Counted from the first letter of the whole stretch, positions 10,174 through 22,793 are shown. The stretch: DNA of 63,924 nucleotides, filler included, from Malassezia furfur (GCA_052055015.1; 4 parts of 4 records of this genome joined end to end with filler, not necessarily neighbours in it); one strand, 5' to 3'. Made by a program: numbers and translations. The notes: generated from the letters alone by a model not told the origin.

Positions 10174-13020
10174 ATGGGCAAGAACGGACGTGGAGGATCT
10201 CGTGGACGTGGCCGTGGCCACGGTCGCGGAGCCCCACGGGGACAGTCGCGTGGCCGCGGTCGTGGCCGAGGACGCGGCGGCGGTATGGGAGGCACAGCGC
10301 CAGTGGCGGATGTGCCATTCCCCTCGACAAAACACGTGGGACGCGCGGGGCTCGGTGCAGAGGCAGTGTCGCATGGAAATGCGGCACGCGGCGGCCGCGG
10401 TGGCCGCGGTGGCCGCGGTGGCCGCGGGAGAGGGCGCGGCTCGACCCTGGCTGTGACAAACCAGACCCACGTTCCTTTTGATTACTCGAAGCTGCGCAAG
10501 ACCAGCAAGTTACCCTCGGCGACCGATCCGACGAACCCGAGCATGCCACCTGCGCGTACTGATGCGCCAGATGTGCACGAAGAGGAACACATGCGGTACG
10601 CGCCTCGTGTGCAGCAACAAGAGAGCGACGATTCAGACGACATTGATACGGAAGACGAGGACAAGGACGAGGACGAGGAGAGCGACGAGGACGTGCCTAT
10701 TGAGCCACACAAGCGCTATACCAGCAAGCACATTGACCACCGGCGCAAGCTGGAAGGCCTTGTGCTGAACGAGCTGAATATCGTGACGGTGCAGCGGCGC
10801 TACGACTTTGATCGTGCGATGCGTCACGTCAATCCTCTGCGCCGGCCGATCCTGTTTGTCCCATCGTCGGGTGCCGACCAGCGCCAGGCTGAGGAATGGG
10901 ACGAGAAGCAGGAAGAGGCGGTGGCGCTTGACCTTGACGATGATGAAATGGCCGAGGTCGATCGCATGGCCGCCGAGGCTCTGGCGTTATCGGGCGATCT
11001 GGAGAAGCCCGCCAGCACTCGTTTTGCGCCTGGCGGTGTCTTTGCGACACCGGCGCCGCTGGAGGTTTGGGATGCGCCTGCCGAGTCTTCCGCCGAAAAG
11101 CCACCTGCTCCATCGGACGTTGCACCGCCGGCTCTGCCAGACGAGGGAGCAGCTGAGACGGAGGCAGCTGCACCAGTGGCAGCACAGCCCACCGAGAAAG
11201 CCACCTCATCAGCGTGGCAGCCGACTGAGGCGACAGCCTCGCCGGCGTCGCCAGAGGCCGCGATAGCCCATTCTACGGATACCCTTGTCCCTGCGGCGCC
11301 GGAGGATGGCGCGTCGCCCCGTGTGTCGCCCGTTTCGCCGTTGGATGTTGATATGGCCGATGGTGTGCAAACCACGCAGGCGGATGCGCCCAGTGTACCT
11401 TCTTCGACCCACGCACGTCGTGAAGCTAGTGGAAAAGACGGCAAACGCCGTGCGCGTCGCGAATCGGATGTGTCGTCCAAGTATACGGCGACCACCAACG
11501 CGTCGCGTCGCGCGAAGAACAAATCGCGCCGGGCCAACAAGGTGAAGCCGTTCGCTCGTGAAGACTCCGACATTGAGTGGGGCAGCGATGGACCGCCCGT
11601 CTCGAATGACAATTCGTTCCAGCCGTTCCAGCTGTCGGAGCAGCTCATGACGACGGAACGCAAGCCGCTCAGCCAGCAGGATGCGATTTTGGCTGATTGG
11701 ATGGAGAATGCGATGCGCAACGACGAGGACGACGAGGACGAGGACGAGGACGAGGACGAAGATACATTGTCTGTGCGAGGCCTTGGGCAGGTTCCAACGG
11801 GTATCTCCGACCCCTACCAAGAAGAAATGACTCTGGAAGACATCGCAATTGATGCACAGCACCGCGAGGACGACACTTGGCTCTCGAGTGACGAAGAGGA
11901 CGACGACGAGGAGGAGGAGGACGAAGAGGACGAAAAGGACGAAGAGGACGAAGAGGACGAAGAGGACGAGGATGAGGACGAAGAAGAGGACGAGGATGAC
12001 GAGATTGACGAGTTCGATGACATTGAAGTCGATGACTCTTCGACCGACATTGGGCTGGATGAGCATATCCATGCGCTGCTACTGAACGGCCTGGACTCGA
12101 GTCAAGAGAACCTGGCGCTTGGCCTGCCGACGTGGGACAATAAGGCCCCCCGCAAAGGCAAGGGCAAGAGCAAGAGCAAGACGATGTTTGAGCGAGTCAC
12201 GCAGGGTGACTTTGCTGACGACGAAGTGCTTGGCCAGCCGGCCCGTCGGCGTCGCGACGCGCCCAAGTTTAGCCAGGAGGATCTCTGGGCAGAGGAGCTG
12301 CAGCTCCAGTGGGAAAAGGACCGATCGAGCAAGGCTGCCAAGAAACGTGCACGCGCCGAGGCACGGCACACGGCAACGCTTAACCCGTACCCCAACACGC
12401 ACGGCATGAGCAAAAAGGATGCTAAGCGCCTCGATAAGAAGGCCCGGCGTTCGGCGCTCAAAGGCCTCATCGACGACGATGGGCCGGTGACGGGCGAGGT
12501 GATCGCGACGCCGACGTCCTTCGGCGCAATTAGCGCCATGATCGACCAGTTCCTTGCAGACGATGGGCGGACGACGCTGACGCTTCCCCCGATGCTCAAG
12601 CGCGACCGTGCGCTGGTGCACAACATGGCCGATGCGTATGCACTCAAGTCGAAGAGCAAGGGCAAAGGTAAGGACCGCTTCCCCATACTCTTCAAGACGT
12701 CCAAGACCGGCTCGCGTGTTGACCGTTCGCGAATCCGGCGGCTGCAGCGCACGCCATTTGGCGCGATGGACGACGCGCAGTTTGACCGCGAAGGGCGCAC
12801 GCCCCAGGGCCACGTGCGCATCGGCCCTGACATGGCGCCGCGCAACCGCGATGGCGCGCGTGTGGGCGGCAATGCGAAGCGCATTGGCGAGGACAACATT
12901 GGGCACCGCCTACTCGCGTCTATGGGATGGCAGTCCGGCACCGGGCTCGGCCATACGCACGGGATCGCCGAGCCGATCGGCGCGACGATCAAGGTGTCGC
13001 GCAGTGGCCTGGGCTTATAG
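10174..13020 (+). CDS. SQS1: R3H + G-patch protein Sqs1/Pfa1-like (Prp43 cofactor) with RGG-rich N-terminus
   Basis: R3H motif LPPMLKRDRALVHNMADAYALKSKSKG and C-terminal G-patch NIGHRLLASMGWQSGTGLG...GLGL. Confidence 0.8.
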   Translation: MGKNGRGGSRGRGRGHGRGAPRGQSRGRGRGRGRGGGMGGTAPVADVPFPSTKHVGRAGLGAEAVSHGNAARGGRGGRGGRGGRGRGRGSTLAVTNQTHVPFDYSKLRKTSKLPSATDPTNPSMPPARTDAPDVHEEEHMRYAPRVQQQESDDSDDIDTEDEDKDEDEESDEDVPIEPHKRYTSKHIDHRRKLEGLVLNELNIVTVQRRYDFDRAMRHVNPLRRPILFVPSSGADQRQAEEWDEKQEEAVALDLDDDEMAEVDRMAAEALALSGDLEKPASTRFAPGGVFATPAPLEVWDAPAESSAEKPPAPSDVAPPALPDEGAAETEAAAPVAAQPTEKATSSAWQPTEATASPASPEAAIAHSTDTLVPAAPEDGASPRVSPVSPLDVDMADGVQTTQADAPSVPSSTHARREASGKDGKRRARRESDVSSKYTATTNASRRAKNKSRRANKVKPFAREDSDIEWGSDGPPVSNDNSFQPFQLSEQLMTTERKPLSQQDAILADWMENAMRNDEDDEDEDEDEDEDTLSVRGLGQVPTGISDPYQEEMTLEDIAIDAQHREDDTWLSSDEEDDDEEEEDEEDEKDEEDEEDEEDEDEDEEEDEDDEIDEFDDIEVDDSSTDIGLDEHIHALLLNGLDSSQENLALGLPTWDNKAPRKGKGKSKSKTMFERVTQGDFADDEVLGQPARRRRDAPKFSQEDLWAEELQLQWEKDRSSKAAKKRARAEARHTATLNPYPNTHGMSKKDAKRLDKKARRSALKGLIDDDGPVTGEVIATPTSFGAISAMIDQFLADDGRTTLTLPPMLKRDRALVHNMADAYALKSKSKGKGKDRFPILFKTSKTGSRVDRSRIRRLQRTPFGAMDDAQFDREGRTPQGHVRIGPDMAPRNRDGARVGGNAKRIGEDNIGHRLLASMGWQSGTGLGHTHGIAEPIGATIKVSRSGLGL

Positions 13021-13166
13021 CCACGTGGATAGATCTGACTTCGGCCGAACCAACCGTGCCAATCAGGGCCCCGGCGATGCGCGGCGGTCGAAGTTACACG
13101 AGCGCGGCGTCGCGGCCGCTGTTGATTTCCCCAGGGCCACGACATCGTGCAGGATTTGCGCGGCAG

Positions 13167-16100
13167 ATGGATCGCCTGCGCGCCGACGCCGGCACGCCGA
13201 TGCCTGGTAGCGCCACATCCCATACGTCCTACGCATCGTATGCGTCTGGAACGCGGAGTGCAACGTCGCCCGTGCACACCTACGGCCAGGTACCGTCGTG
13301 GGAGCGCGCACCGACACCGATGCGCTACGAGCGCGACCGCGACCGTGACCGTGACCGTGACCGTGACCGCGATGCCGATATGCTGCTAAGCTACGAGAGC
13401 GCCATGTGGCGCACTCCCGCGTCCTCGAGCCACGCACATTCGCTGGGGATCGCGCGCGCCGCGTCGTGGGACATGGAGGAGACGGACAGCGTCGCAATGA
13501 CCATGTCGTTCGATCGGCATTCGCCGCCGCCCGTGCGCAGCCCACCGCGCACGCGCCCGAAGATGGCACCGCCCAAACGCTCCCAGACGGGATCGCCACC
13601 CCCACAGGACAATCCGTCGCCCCGCGCAGTACGCACCAAACCACCATTGCCGCTCGACGCCGTCGCGCGCGTGCGCCAGGCCAAGCCGGGCAAAGCACGC
13701 ATGCCAGCCGGTGCGCGGCGCGGCGTCTCACGTACACGCAGCGTGTCGCCTGCTGCGCCTGACATGAGCAGCCATGTACCGCCGGTGCCGCCGATCGCGC
13801 CCCAGGCACAGGCTTTGGCCCATGCGGCCGCGGCCGTGGCCGGCGGCGCATCCGCCCCGCTGCCCAAAACACGCAGTCCTCGCAAAGCCGGCTCGTCTGT
13901 ATCGCTGCACGCCGCCGCAGAATCACACGGCGCGGCGCGCGGTGCGGCGCAGGTCGCCGCACGTAATCCCAAGATCCGGCGCACAACATCGACCATCACC
14001 ATTCTGCCCACGACGCAGCGCACAGCGCCGCCCGAGGTGCCCGATATGCCTGACATGCCTGACATGCCGCGCTCCCAGAGCGATCACAATGTACGCCTCT
14101 CGAAGCAGAACAGCGACAACTGGGCGGCGGCGTTCGACGCGTTCGACTCCTATGAGCCGACGGTGCCTTCGCTCGATGCGTACGTCCCGGCGCGGCGGCG
14201 GTCGCGACGGTCCAAGTCGGCCGCGACCCCCGGTCCGACGTCGGCACCGACGGATGCGCGGGCGGCGCCGGCACGGCCGGCACCCGCCGAGGCGCCTGCA
14301 CCCGAGACGTCGGGCATGACCGAGGCAAGCACGTCGGCGGCGGATGCCGACGTCTCCAATGCGACGGTCGTCGAACGCTCAGCGTCGAACGCCGCTGGCG
14401 GCGCTCGCGCTGAAAACGAAGAGGACGAGACGTCGTGCTCCTCGCTCGAGTCGCAGCTGAGCCGGCCGGTGCGCTCGCCGCCGCAGCGCAAGACACAGAT
14501 CCGCGTGCTGTCACGCAGCATTGAGTGCGTTGTATCACCCGATGCCGAGTCGCCCTACCGCTCGCCCGGCTCATCGAGCGCATGGTCACCGCGCGGGATG
14601 GTGCGGCGGCAGACGCTGCGGATGCACCCTGATACCGTAATTACGCCTGTGCAATCGCCGCGGACGCCGCCGCGCCCCACCTTTGCGCTGGCGACGGTTC
14701 AACGCACGCCGCGCGGCACGCCGCCCGCCTCGGCGCGGTCAGAGCTGCCGTCCAGCGTATCGGCGCCCAACGTTCTCGCACCAAGCGCCCGCACCCGGCA
14801 GCCGACGACCACGGCGTCGCTGCCGCACACGCCCGAGGAGCAGATTCTACGCAAGTCGTCGCCCAGCACGAGCTTTTTTGCGCCCGACGTCCAGGATGGG
14901 CCGGACACCTGGTTCGCCGAGACGTCGCTGCCCGGCGAATGGGACTTGCGGCCACCCAGTCCGCCGCGGATGCCGCGCTCGCCTTCACCGCAGGACGACC
15001 AGAACCATGCCGACGTCTCGGTCGTGGAGACGCGCGACGCGCCGCAAGCGCCAAGCGGCGTCGGGATCGGTGCATTTGCCGCGGCGGCGGCCGCGGCGGC
15101 GTCCGCGAATGCCGCAAAAACCGCCGACGCGGTGCATGCGTCGAAGCCACAGCCAAGGGCCTCTGCAAATGCCGAGGCGGCGCCGACGTCGCCTGCAGCG
15201 TTTGAGCCGCCAACGCACATGGAGGGGCCGTGGTCGGTGATTGTGCCGCCGCGCAAAATGCCGCGTCCCCCGAAAGTCCCTCCACGCGAAGAGTCCGAGC
15301 CGGCGGCAGCTACGCCCACCGCGGCCGAGCGTGCCCTCACGCCGAATGCCGCCGAGCCGACCATCCCGGCGGAGGCACCTGCTGAGCCGGCTGCTGAGCC
15401 GGCGCAGGCCACCGAACCCTCGGGACTTGCCGAGCTGGCTGGTCCGGTCGGTGGTCTCGCAGGTGGTGCGACGATTGGCGCCGCCGCGGGCCCGGTGGGC
15501 GTGGCGGGCGGCGCCGCACTCGGCGCCGCACTCGGCACGGCGGCCGCGACGCTCGTGCGCCCCGAAGCGGCGGGGATGCGCATCAACACGGAAGTGAGCC
15601 AGGATCAGGTGACGTCCGACGACCTCGACACGCCCAACCCGTGGCCAGAGACCAAGGCGGACGCGCCGCTGCGGGCCTCGGCCGCACCGTCGGCATCCGA
15701 GGCGCAGCAGCGTACAATGGCGAGCGCCGATACGGGTGCCACCAAAGCACCGGCGGCGGAAGACGTGGCGGCGGAGCAGGCTCCGCCGTCGCCGCCCGTG
15801 CCGCTGATCGATTTAGACGATGCGCCGCGTGCGGAGGAGCGCGACGTGTTTGGCCCGACGCGCACAATCGCATCTGCACCGGGCAGCGAAGTGGAGCGCG
15901 AGGCGCCCGAGCCCGTGCCCACGCCCAGCGTCCCCGCGGTGCCGGCCGAGGAGACTGCGGGGGTCCCTGGGGTCCCCAGCCGCGCGCCGCCGTCGGTCCC
16001 CACCGAGGCAGCTGTGCGGCCGGCCGCTGCGTCTACCGAGGAATCGGTCGAGCGCACGGTCGAGGAGCCGGTCCAAGTGCCCGTCGGGACGCCTGCCCCG

Positions 16101-16543
16101 GTCCCTGTCGAGACGCCTGCTTCACCTGCGGCTCCCGCCCACGACGAGGCTCCTGTCCAGGCTTCTGCTAAGGCCCCCGACGTGGCGCCTGCCCAGGCAC
16201 CTGCTCAGGTTCCGACCGAAGCTTCTCGTGCTTCAGTCGAGATGCCCGCTCCGACGACCGCACCAGCACCGGTCGTGGTCCCGGTCTCGACGCCCGTGCC
16301 GACTCCGGCAGCGCACCCCGAGGCCTGGACAGTCGCACCGATGCCCGTGCCCGTGCCCCTGCCAACCGCCGTTGCACCGCCTATGTCTGTGGCCCCGCCG
16401 TCGCCCGCGCTGGCTCCGCCCGCGGTGCCGACTTCCGTCTCGGTGCCGCGCCCTGTCGCAGCGTCCATGAGCACGACGGCACCTGCGGCGGCGCCGGCCT
16501 CCGATGCAGCGCCGCCAGCAGCTCCGTCGCGTGCGCCACCGTC
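13167..16543 (+). CDS. Large Pro/Ala/Ser-rich hypothetical protein, truncated at contig end
   Basis: Open frame of >1100 codons with coding-like codon usage. It has an RD repeat and a glycine-rich hydrophobic segment, but no recognisable domain. Confidence 0.7.
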
Positions 16544-16643
16544 NNNNNNNNNNNNNNNNNNNNNNNNNNNNNNNNNNNNNNNNNNNNTTAATTAATTAAN
16601 NNNNNNNNNNNNNNNNNNNNNNNNNNNNNNNNNNNNNNNNNNN
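16544..16643. other. Artificial contig spacer (N44-TTAATTAATTAA-N44)
   Basis: Six-frame stop linker flanked by Ns. Confidence 0.97.
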
Positions 16644-17575
16644 CTCGGGGCGCGGCGCAGGGCCCTGCTTCGTGACAGGCGCCTTGTAGGCATCCATAAT
16701 CGTGTCAAACGTCGCCACGGGCGCCGGCGCCGGCTTCGGCGAGCTCAGCTGAACCAGACCCGCCAGGATCAGGTCGCGCTCCTCGTCGGGCGTCAGCGAG
16801 GTGATACTCGGCTTCTTCGCCGGCGAAGACGCCGCGTCCTTCGAGGCCGGCATGCCAAGGTCGGTGATCTTGGTCGCCTTGCCGCTGGCCGAGCCAAAGG
16901 GGCTCTTGACTTTGCCCACGTATGCCAGAACATCGCCCTTGGTGAGGATGCCGTGCAGGCCCGTGCCCTTGATCTCCTTCTCCGGGTGCTCGATGCCGTA
17001 CTTCTCGGCCAGACGAAGCACCGAAGGGAGCGGGGTATGCTCGAACGACACATGGGCCGGCGACTCAGGCGCCTTCTTTTGTTGGCGGGGCGCCTCGCTT
17101 CGTTCCTCTTGAACCGGCTTGTCCTCCTGAGCCGGCTTGTTCTCCTGGGCCGATGGTTTGGACGATTCCTCTGCATCGGGAAGCTCAAGACTCGACAGAT
17201 CGTCGTCGGGGCTGGCCAGGTATGCAATGAGCTTATTCACTTCCACGTCCTTCGATCCCGACGGCACGAGGATTTTTGCCATCTTGCCATCGTCGTCGGC
17301 TTCGACATCCATCATCGCCTTGTCCGTTTCCTAGGTGAGTGCAACCAACATACCACTTCCAGCAGCACATCGCCGGCGTTGAACGTGTCGCCCTCCTTGA
17401 CCTTCCACTGGCCCAAATTGCCCCTCTCCATTGTCGGGCTCATGGCAGGCATGGTCATCTTGTGCACGTCCCAGCGCATGGCCGATGTACTCATGGCAGC
17501 CGTGCGCAGCGTGCTCCCAATGCGCGCAGCATTCCACGCGCGCGACGCGGCTACAGCTCGCACAGTCCACATCAT
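16644..17575 (-). CDS. PDX1: Pyruvate dehydrogenase protein X (E3-binding), 3' truncated; intron 17331-17353
   Basis: Mitochondrial presequence, lipoyl domain MPAMSPTMERGNLGQWKVKEGDTFNAGDVLLEV|ETDKAMMDVEA and E3-binding motif IKGTGLHGILTKGDVL. No acyltransferase domain is visible. Confidence 0.85.
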
Positions 17576-17628
17576 GTACGAAAGCGACCCGGACGGGCTC
17601 GGGCCTGGTCTGGAATTACGGACCTCCA

Positions 17629-19212
17629 CTATGAGGCGGGGGGCGCCGATGCTTTCGCGCGGATGCCCAGGGACCGAAGCAGCGCACGGTTGCTGCGGCC
17701 ACCCGCTTTGACGGCGCCGAGGCCGTGCCGCGGTGTCCAGGGGCCCATAGACTGGTTGGCATAAAAATCCATGGGGTAATCCCGGTCACCCTCCTCTTCG
17801 CCCGGCCGCGATTTCGGATAACGCACTAAACCGAGCTGGGCGTCGGTATCGCTCCACAGCGGCGCACGGCCCAGCGCGGCTGCTGCTTCGTACGGACTCA
17901 GGAGCGGCTTCGGGAACGCAGACCCCCAGTCAATCGACAGTCGCGGACACGACGTCTGCACAAACACCGAGAGGTGCTCGCCAAAGAGCCGGATTTTCTG
18001 GGGCGACAGTTCCGACAGCAGAATGGGGACGTGGGGCAGCGAGCCAGCACGCGCTTGGAGCGTTTCGCCAAGGTAGTCGAGCACCTTGGTGCTTCCTTGT
18101 CGTCCTAGCGTCCCGAGCACCAGGCCCCAGCCCTGTGCACCGGGCAACTCGTCCGCCGGACGTTCCTCCAGGGCCTTGGGGACGCGCGTCAGTGAGGATT
18201 GCGCCTCCTCGATCGCAGCCTGGCGCAGTCGCCGCATGGAAGGGTGGTCGTACAGTTCGCGTTGGAGACGCTTGGTATATGGGTCGTAGCGGAAGGCAGG
18301 GATACGAGGATTGGCAATCATGATCGACTCCAAGTGGAACCGCCCGTCGCCAACGTACAAAATGGCGTCCACTTGGTTGGCGTCCAGCTTGGGCGACGTG
18401 CATCCCAGAATTTCACCGGGACTCAAAGGCTTGATTTGGGGTACGGTGATCATATACCGTGGTTGGCGCGGCTGATGCTTGACCAGCGCATCGGGTGCGA
18501 CTTCCTCGCCGTTTTCGATCGTCAACGACGCCGACGACTCGTAAGAAGGTTCGTCCCCGTCGGTCAGTCGCGTGCGAATGTCCTGAATCGCTGCAATAAA
18601 CTGGATGGTGCCCACCAGCGCAAAATGAGTGCGCTGCGGCTCTGAGCCCGACTCTATCTCGAGCGCAGGTGGCGCCTTGCGTTCGTTCGGCGCCGTCAGC
18701 ACCGCACGCTGGAAGGCACTGCGCTCGTCGGGGAAGTTGGCTTGGATGGTCTGCAGCAGGTGCTCTGTGTCCACGCGGATCTCCACAAAGACATACAAGG
18801 TGCGGATCATGGTCTGGTCAACCGGAACAAGGCAGCTGTGGCCATAATGCACAAGCATGTCACAGCCCAGACCGCGAGCGGTATAATCGTCCACACAGCA
18901 TGCGCCATACGTCACATCTCCCATAATCACGGTCGTCGCATTGGTAAATCGTTCGATAATGTCGGAGATCGCCGTTGCCCAGAGCGTGAGCCCCTCGGGC
19001 ATCTGCAACGCAACGCACTGTGCATCGTATTTTCGAATTTGGTGGATTGTCTTGTGGATTTCGAAATTGTAGTTACTGGGGAGCAGACTTGCAATAGCCC
19101 CGTTCAGCAACGGGTCATTTTGGATCTCTTCTGGCACGCCGCCCCCTACGAGTGCCGCCTCCGATGTGGCGGGTCGCCCAAATCGGCGTGGCGGGTGCGC
19201 CGCGTCGTTCAT
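17629..19212 (-). CDS. DPH1: Diphthamide biosynthesis protein Dph1
   Basis: [46 protein letters not shown] and CPRLSIDWG. Confidence 0.95.
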   Translation of the reverse strand: MNDAAHPPRRFGRPATSEAALVGGGVPEEIQNDPLLNGAIASLLPSNYNFEIHKTIHQIRKYDAQCVALQMPEGLTLWATAISDIIERFTNATTVIMGDVTYGACCVDDYTARGLGCDMLVHYGHSCLVPVDQTMIRTLYVFVEIRVDTEHLLQTIQANFPDERSAFQRAVLTAPNERKAPPALEIESGSEPQRTHFALVGTIQFIAAIQDIRTRLTDGDEPSYESSASLTIENGEEVAPDALVKHQPRQPRYMITVPQIKPLSPGEILGCTSPKLDANQVDAILYVGDGRFHLESIMIANPRIPAFRYDPYTKRLQRELYDHPSMRRLRQAAIEEAQSSLTRVPKALEERPADELPGAQGWGLVLGTLGRQGSTKVLDYLGETLQARAGSLPHVPILLSELSPQKIRLFGEHLSVFVQTSCPRLSIDWGSAFPKPLLSPYEAAAALGRAPLWSDTDAQLGLVRYPKSRPGEEEGDRDYPMDFYANQSMGPWTPRHGLGAVKAGGRSNRALLRSLGIRAKASAPPAS

Positions 19213-19278
19213 GACCGAAAAATGTTAGGTGGAGGCACATTCGTACTCCGTTGCGTAAGCCAAAAGTCGTGCTGCGCG

Positions 19279-20210
19279 ATGCTCTCCATCGAGTCGCTGC
19301 TGGCACTCGGTGTCGGTGGGGATGCCGTCTCCATGCTGCCACCATGCGACACTCATATTCATGTTACCGACACCCTTGATGCATCTGGCGCCTTCGTCCT
19401 TCTACACTACGGGCTCGTCGCCCTGCACGCCAGTGCTCACAACGTGGTGTGGGTGAGCTGCCGCGCCGACGGTGTTGCACACTGGAACAGCGTTACGCGC
19501 AAGGCGGTACGTGTGCATGACTTACACAGGGAATGCCATTGACTCAATACCTGGCATCCGGTGAACTTCAAATGGTCGATGCCGAACAATACCTTGGCGC
19601 GGAAGAGCCTTTGTCTGCGCTTTTCGACGCCATTCATGGAGCTATACGCGTGGCACAGACCCCAAACAAGACAGAAGAACCCAATCCGCCTTATTTGGCG
19701 CGTACGCTGGTGATTGTGGATGATCTTTCAATCTTGCAATGGAACCTGCCAGGCTCCATGGAGTCAGTGCAGTCGGCCCTCACCCGTTTCCTTCTCTCCC
19801 TACGAGAGCTTTGCGTTCAACAACAGGCCGCCTTGCTGACACTGCAGCATGCAGACGCGTGTTCTGCGGTGAATGCTCAAGGTACACTTGACGAGGGTGA
19901 CGAACTCTTGTTCCGGTATATCCTTCGCACGGCCGACATCTGGATTGGCGTGAATGAGCTGCCCAGTGGTCGTGCAGCAGACTGCGATGGCGAGCTCACT
20001 GTGCACGGGCTTTCACGGTGTGCTGCAGCAGCAACAGCATGTGCACCAAAAACGGATGAAGATCTACCTTTACAAGCCTTTCGCCTAGACCAGCCTTCCG
20101 AGACGTGCCTTTTTCGTATCGTACCAGATGGGACGGGGCCGAAGAATGCCAACGGTGTACGGTCCTCCGTCAAAATATGGTCGCGAGGGAGCGGCCAAGG
20201 TCTAGCCTAA
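19279..20210 (+). CDS. ELP6: Elongator subunit Elp6-like RecA-fold protein; one 23-nt intron
   Basis: VTDTLDASGAFVLLHY, HWNSVTRKA|GMPL, LVIVDDLSILQW and ELPSGRAADCDGEL. Confidence 0.72.
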
Positions 20211-20219
20211 TCTCAACCA

Positions 20220-21016
20220 TTATATACGTTTCGCTACTTCAATTGCGCCTTTGCAGCCATAGGCCACGATCGCTGACAAAAGAGCATGGGCAGGGGCCTG
20301 CTGGGCATCATGCTCGACGGCTGTATCCAGGTGCTCCAATTCGTCGTCGCGGAATTCCACTAGGACCGAGCGAAGCAGTTCAAGCGACTCTTCCAGCTGC
20401 TGCACCTTCTCTCCGGTGAATTTTGTTCGGAGTTTGCTGCCAATCTCGTCCAAGTGTGCCAGTTGACTGGGTTAGGAATGGCAAAAACGTACTCATCATA
20501 GTGCTCGCCAATGACAGTCTCAACAGCCTCCGTGCAGGCCATGGCGCTCTTTTCGCCCATCATCGCAGTCGCACCGCCTAGAACCCTTCCTGCCAAAGCC
20601 CAAAGTGGAACCAATGCGGATGGACGGGTCTGGTATTCGTCCAGCATGGCACTTGTGGCCTTTAGATGTTTCCGTTCATTCTCCCACATTTCCTGTATAA
20701 GCACATGACGTACAACGATCAAGTTCTTCTCCTGGCGCTTTCCTTGGAAGCCGAAGACATCAGCCTGCGCCTCATAAATGGTGTTGGCAGCGATCTCACC
20801 CGAGTGGTCGACGCGAAGCATGGCTGCCACTTCACGCTGATCAGCTGTATCAAGCGAGGACAGGAACTGCGCTGTACGTCGAAACTGCTCTAAGCGACGC
20901 TCTGAAGGTTTTGTGTAGGCATCTGAAGCCAAATTCACCGTGTTGAAGCGCCGCACATGAACCTGCACGGACCTGAGCGCCTGTCGGCTCGACTGGTTCC
21001 ATCCCCGCATCCACAT
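20220..21016 (-). CDS. COQ7: 5-demethoxyubiquinone hydroxylase Coq7; introns 20693-20713 and a 26-nt intron near 20467-20492
   Basis: [33 protein letters not shown] and [13 protein letters not shown] di-iron motifs. Confidence 0.95.
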
Positions 21017-21128
21017 CGTCGCCCGAACCAAAATGGCCGCACCCTGACTAAACGTGACATGTGGATCTGCAGGTCTATCTTCTTGAAGCAACAATCTGGA
21101 GTAGCCGTCAGCTTATCAACTCGCACCC

Positions 21129-22793
21129 ATGTTGTTTGCAAAGTTGAGCCTGGCGGCTCTGGCTATGGCAACGGGCGCAGCGGCCAAAAATGGCTTTGTG
21201 TCTACCCCCACCGGTTTCACGACCAAGCAAGGCCATGCCAACACTACCGTTCGTTACAAGGAAGTCCCTACTGGTATCTGCGAGACCACTGAGGGTGTCA
21301 AGAGCTACTCGGGCTACGTCGACACGGCAGAGAACGAGCACATGTTCTTTTGGTTCTTCGAGGCACGTCATAATCCGGAAAAGGCACCGCTGACGGTGTG
21401 GTTCAACGGTGGCCCTGGCTCTTCCTCCATGATCGGTCTTTTCCAGGAGAACGGCCCGTGCCGCGTGAACCCGGATGGCAAGCTGCACAACAATAAACAT
21501 GCCTGGTCGGAGGTGTCCAATATGCTTTTTATTGACCAACCTGTTACCACCGGTCTCTCCTACTCAGTGGTGAGCCCTGTGGTGTACAACACGAATTCAG
21601 GATCGATTGTGCGGAAACTAGACTCGGACGAATGTCCTGACGATTTGGAGAAGCACGAGGCATGTGCAACCCTCTCGCTTCCCGATGAGACCGACGTGCC
21701 GTCGACTACGCGCGACACTCCTCCGGCTGTATGGAAACTTCTGCAAGGTTTCCTGGGTGCTTTCCCCGAATACAGCAACCGGTCGTTGCACCTAACCACC
21801 GAGTCGTACGGAGGTCACTACGCCCCTGCGTTTGGCACTTACATCTTGGAACAGAATGAGAACAAGCCAGATGATGCAGTGACGCTTAACCTCAAGTCTG
21901 TTCTGATTGGCAACGGTTGGTACGACCCAATGGTGCAGTACCAAGCCTACTACAACTTCACCGTGTCTCCTGGGAACACGTACGATCTTTCCCCTTTCAA
22001 CAAGAGCATCAGCGATGAGATGTACAATAATCTTTATGGCGAAGGCAAGTGCATTGACCAGCTGAAGGAGTGCTATTCGTCCAAGGCGAACAAAATCTGC
22101 CGCAAGGCCGACGCCTACTGTGCGGAGAACGTGGAATCAATTCTCGATATCTACGCAAACCGGGACGAATACGACATCCGCGAGCTTATGCCCGACCCCT
22201 TCCCTTACAGCAATTACGTGGACTATATGAACACCGAGGAGGTCCAATCGGCCATCGGTGCCTACCAGAACTACTCTGAAAGCTCAGTAATCGTCAGCAA
22301 AGCGTTTACTCGTACTGGTGATGACGGTCGCCGCGAGGGAGCCATCAAGAACCTCCGCTCGCTGTTGCAGCAAGGCATTACAGTCACCCTGCATGCGGGC
22401 GATGCAGACTACAACTGCAATTGGCTTGGCGGTGAAGTGATTGCCCACAAAGTGGGTGGGGACGATTTTACCAAGGCTGGCTATGTCGACCTACAGACCA
22501 CCGGCTCTCAAACTCCGGGTCAGGTGAAGCAGGCTGGCAACTTCAGCTTTGTGCGCATTTATTACAGCGGCCACGAGGTGCCCTTCTACCAACCGGTCGC
22601 TGCGCTCGAGATGTTCAACCGGACAATCCACGGAAAGGATGTGGCCACCGGCCTTCATTCACCTTCGGACACCTACAAGACCAAAGGCAGCGTAACGAGC
22701 ACTTTACGTCAAGGCAATGCGACGGTGCAATACGACGTCGTGTCGCCTAATGTCACATACAATCCGATTACGCACAAGCCCAACAATAGCTAA
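21129..22793 (+). CDS. Secreted serine carboxypeptidase (peptidase S10), intronless
   Basis: Signal peptide, WFNGGPGSSS, catalytic Ser in TESYGGHY, Asp in DYNCN and His in GHEVP. Confidence 0.92.
   Translation: MLFAKLSLAALAMATGAAAKNGFVSTPTGFTTKQGHANTTVRYKEVPTGICETTEGVKSYSGYVDTAENEHMFFWFFEARHNPEKAPLTVWFNGGPGSSSMIGLFQENGPCRVNPDGKLHNNKHAWSEVSNMLFIDQPVTTGLSYSVVSPVVYNTNSGSIVRKLDSDECPDDLEKHEACATLSLPDETDVPSTTRDTPPAVWKLLQGFLGAFPEYSNRSLHLTTESYGGHYAPAFGTYILEQNENKPDDAVTLNLKSVLIGNGWYDPMVQYQAYYNFTVSPGNTYDLSPFNKSISDEMYNNLYGEGKCIDQLKECYSSKANKICRKADAYCAENVESILDIYANRDEYDIRELMPDPFPYSNYVDYMNTEEVQSAIGAYQNYSESSVIVSKAFTRTGDDGRREGAIKNLRSLLQQGITVTLHAGDADYNCNWLGGEVIAHKVGGDDFTKAGYVDLQTTGSQTPGQVKQAGNFSFVRIYYSGHEVPFYQPVAALEMFNRTIHGKDVATGLHSPSDTYKTKGSVTSTLRQGNATVQYDVVSPNVTYNPITHKPNNS

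Noticed and set aside
11720..13371. GAC/GAG and GACCGT microsatellite-like runs
   Set aside because: Ordinary coding low-complexity tracts (acidic runs and an RD repeat).
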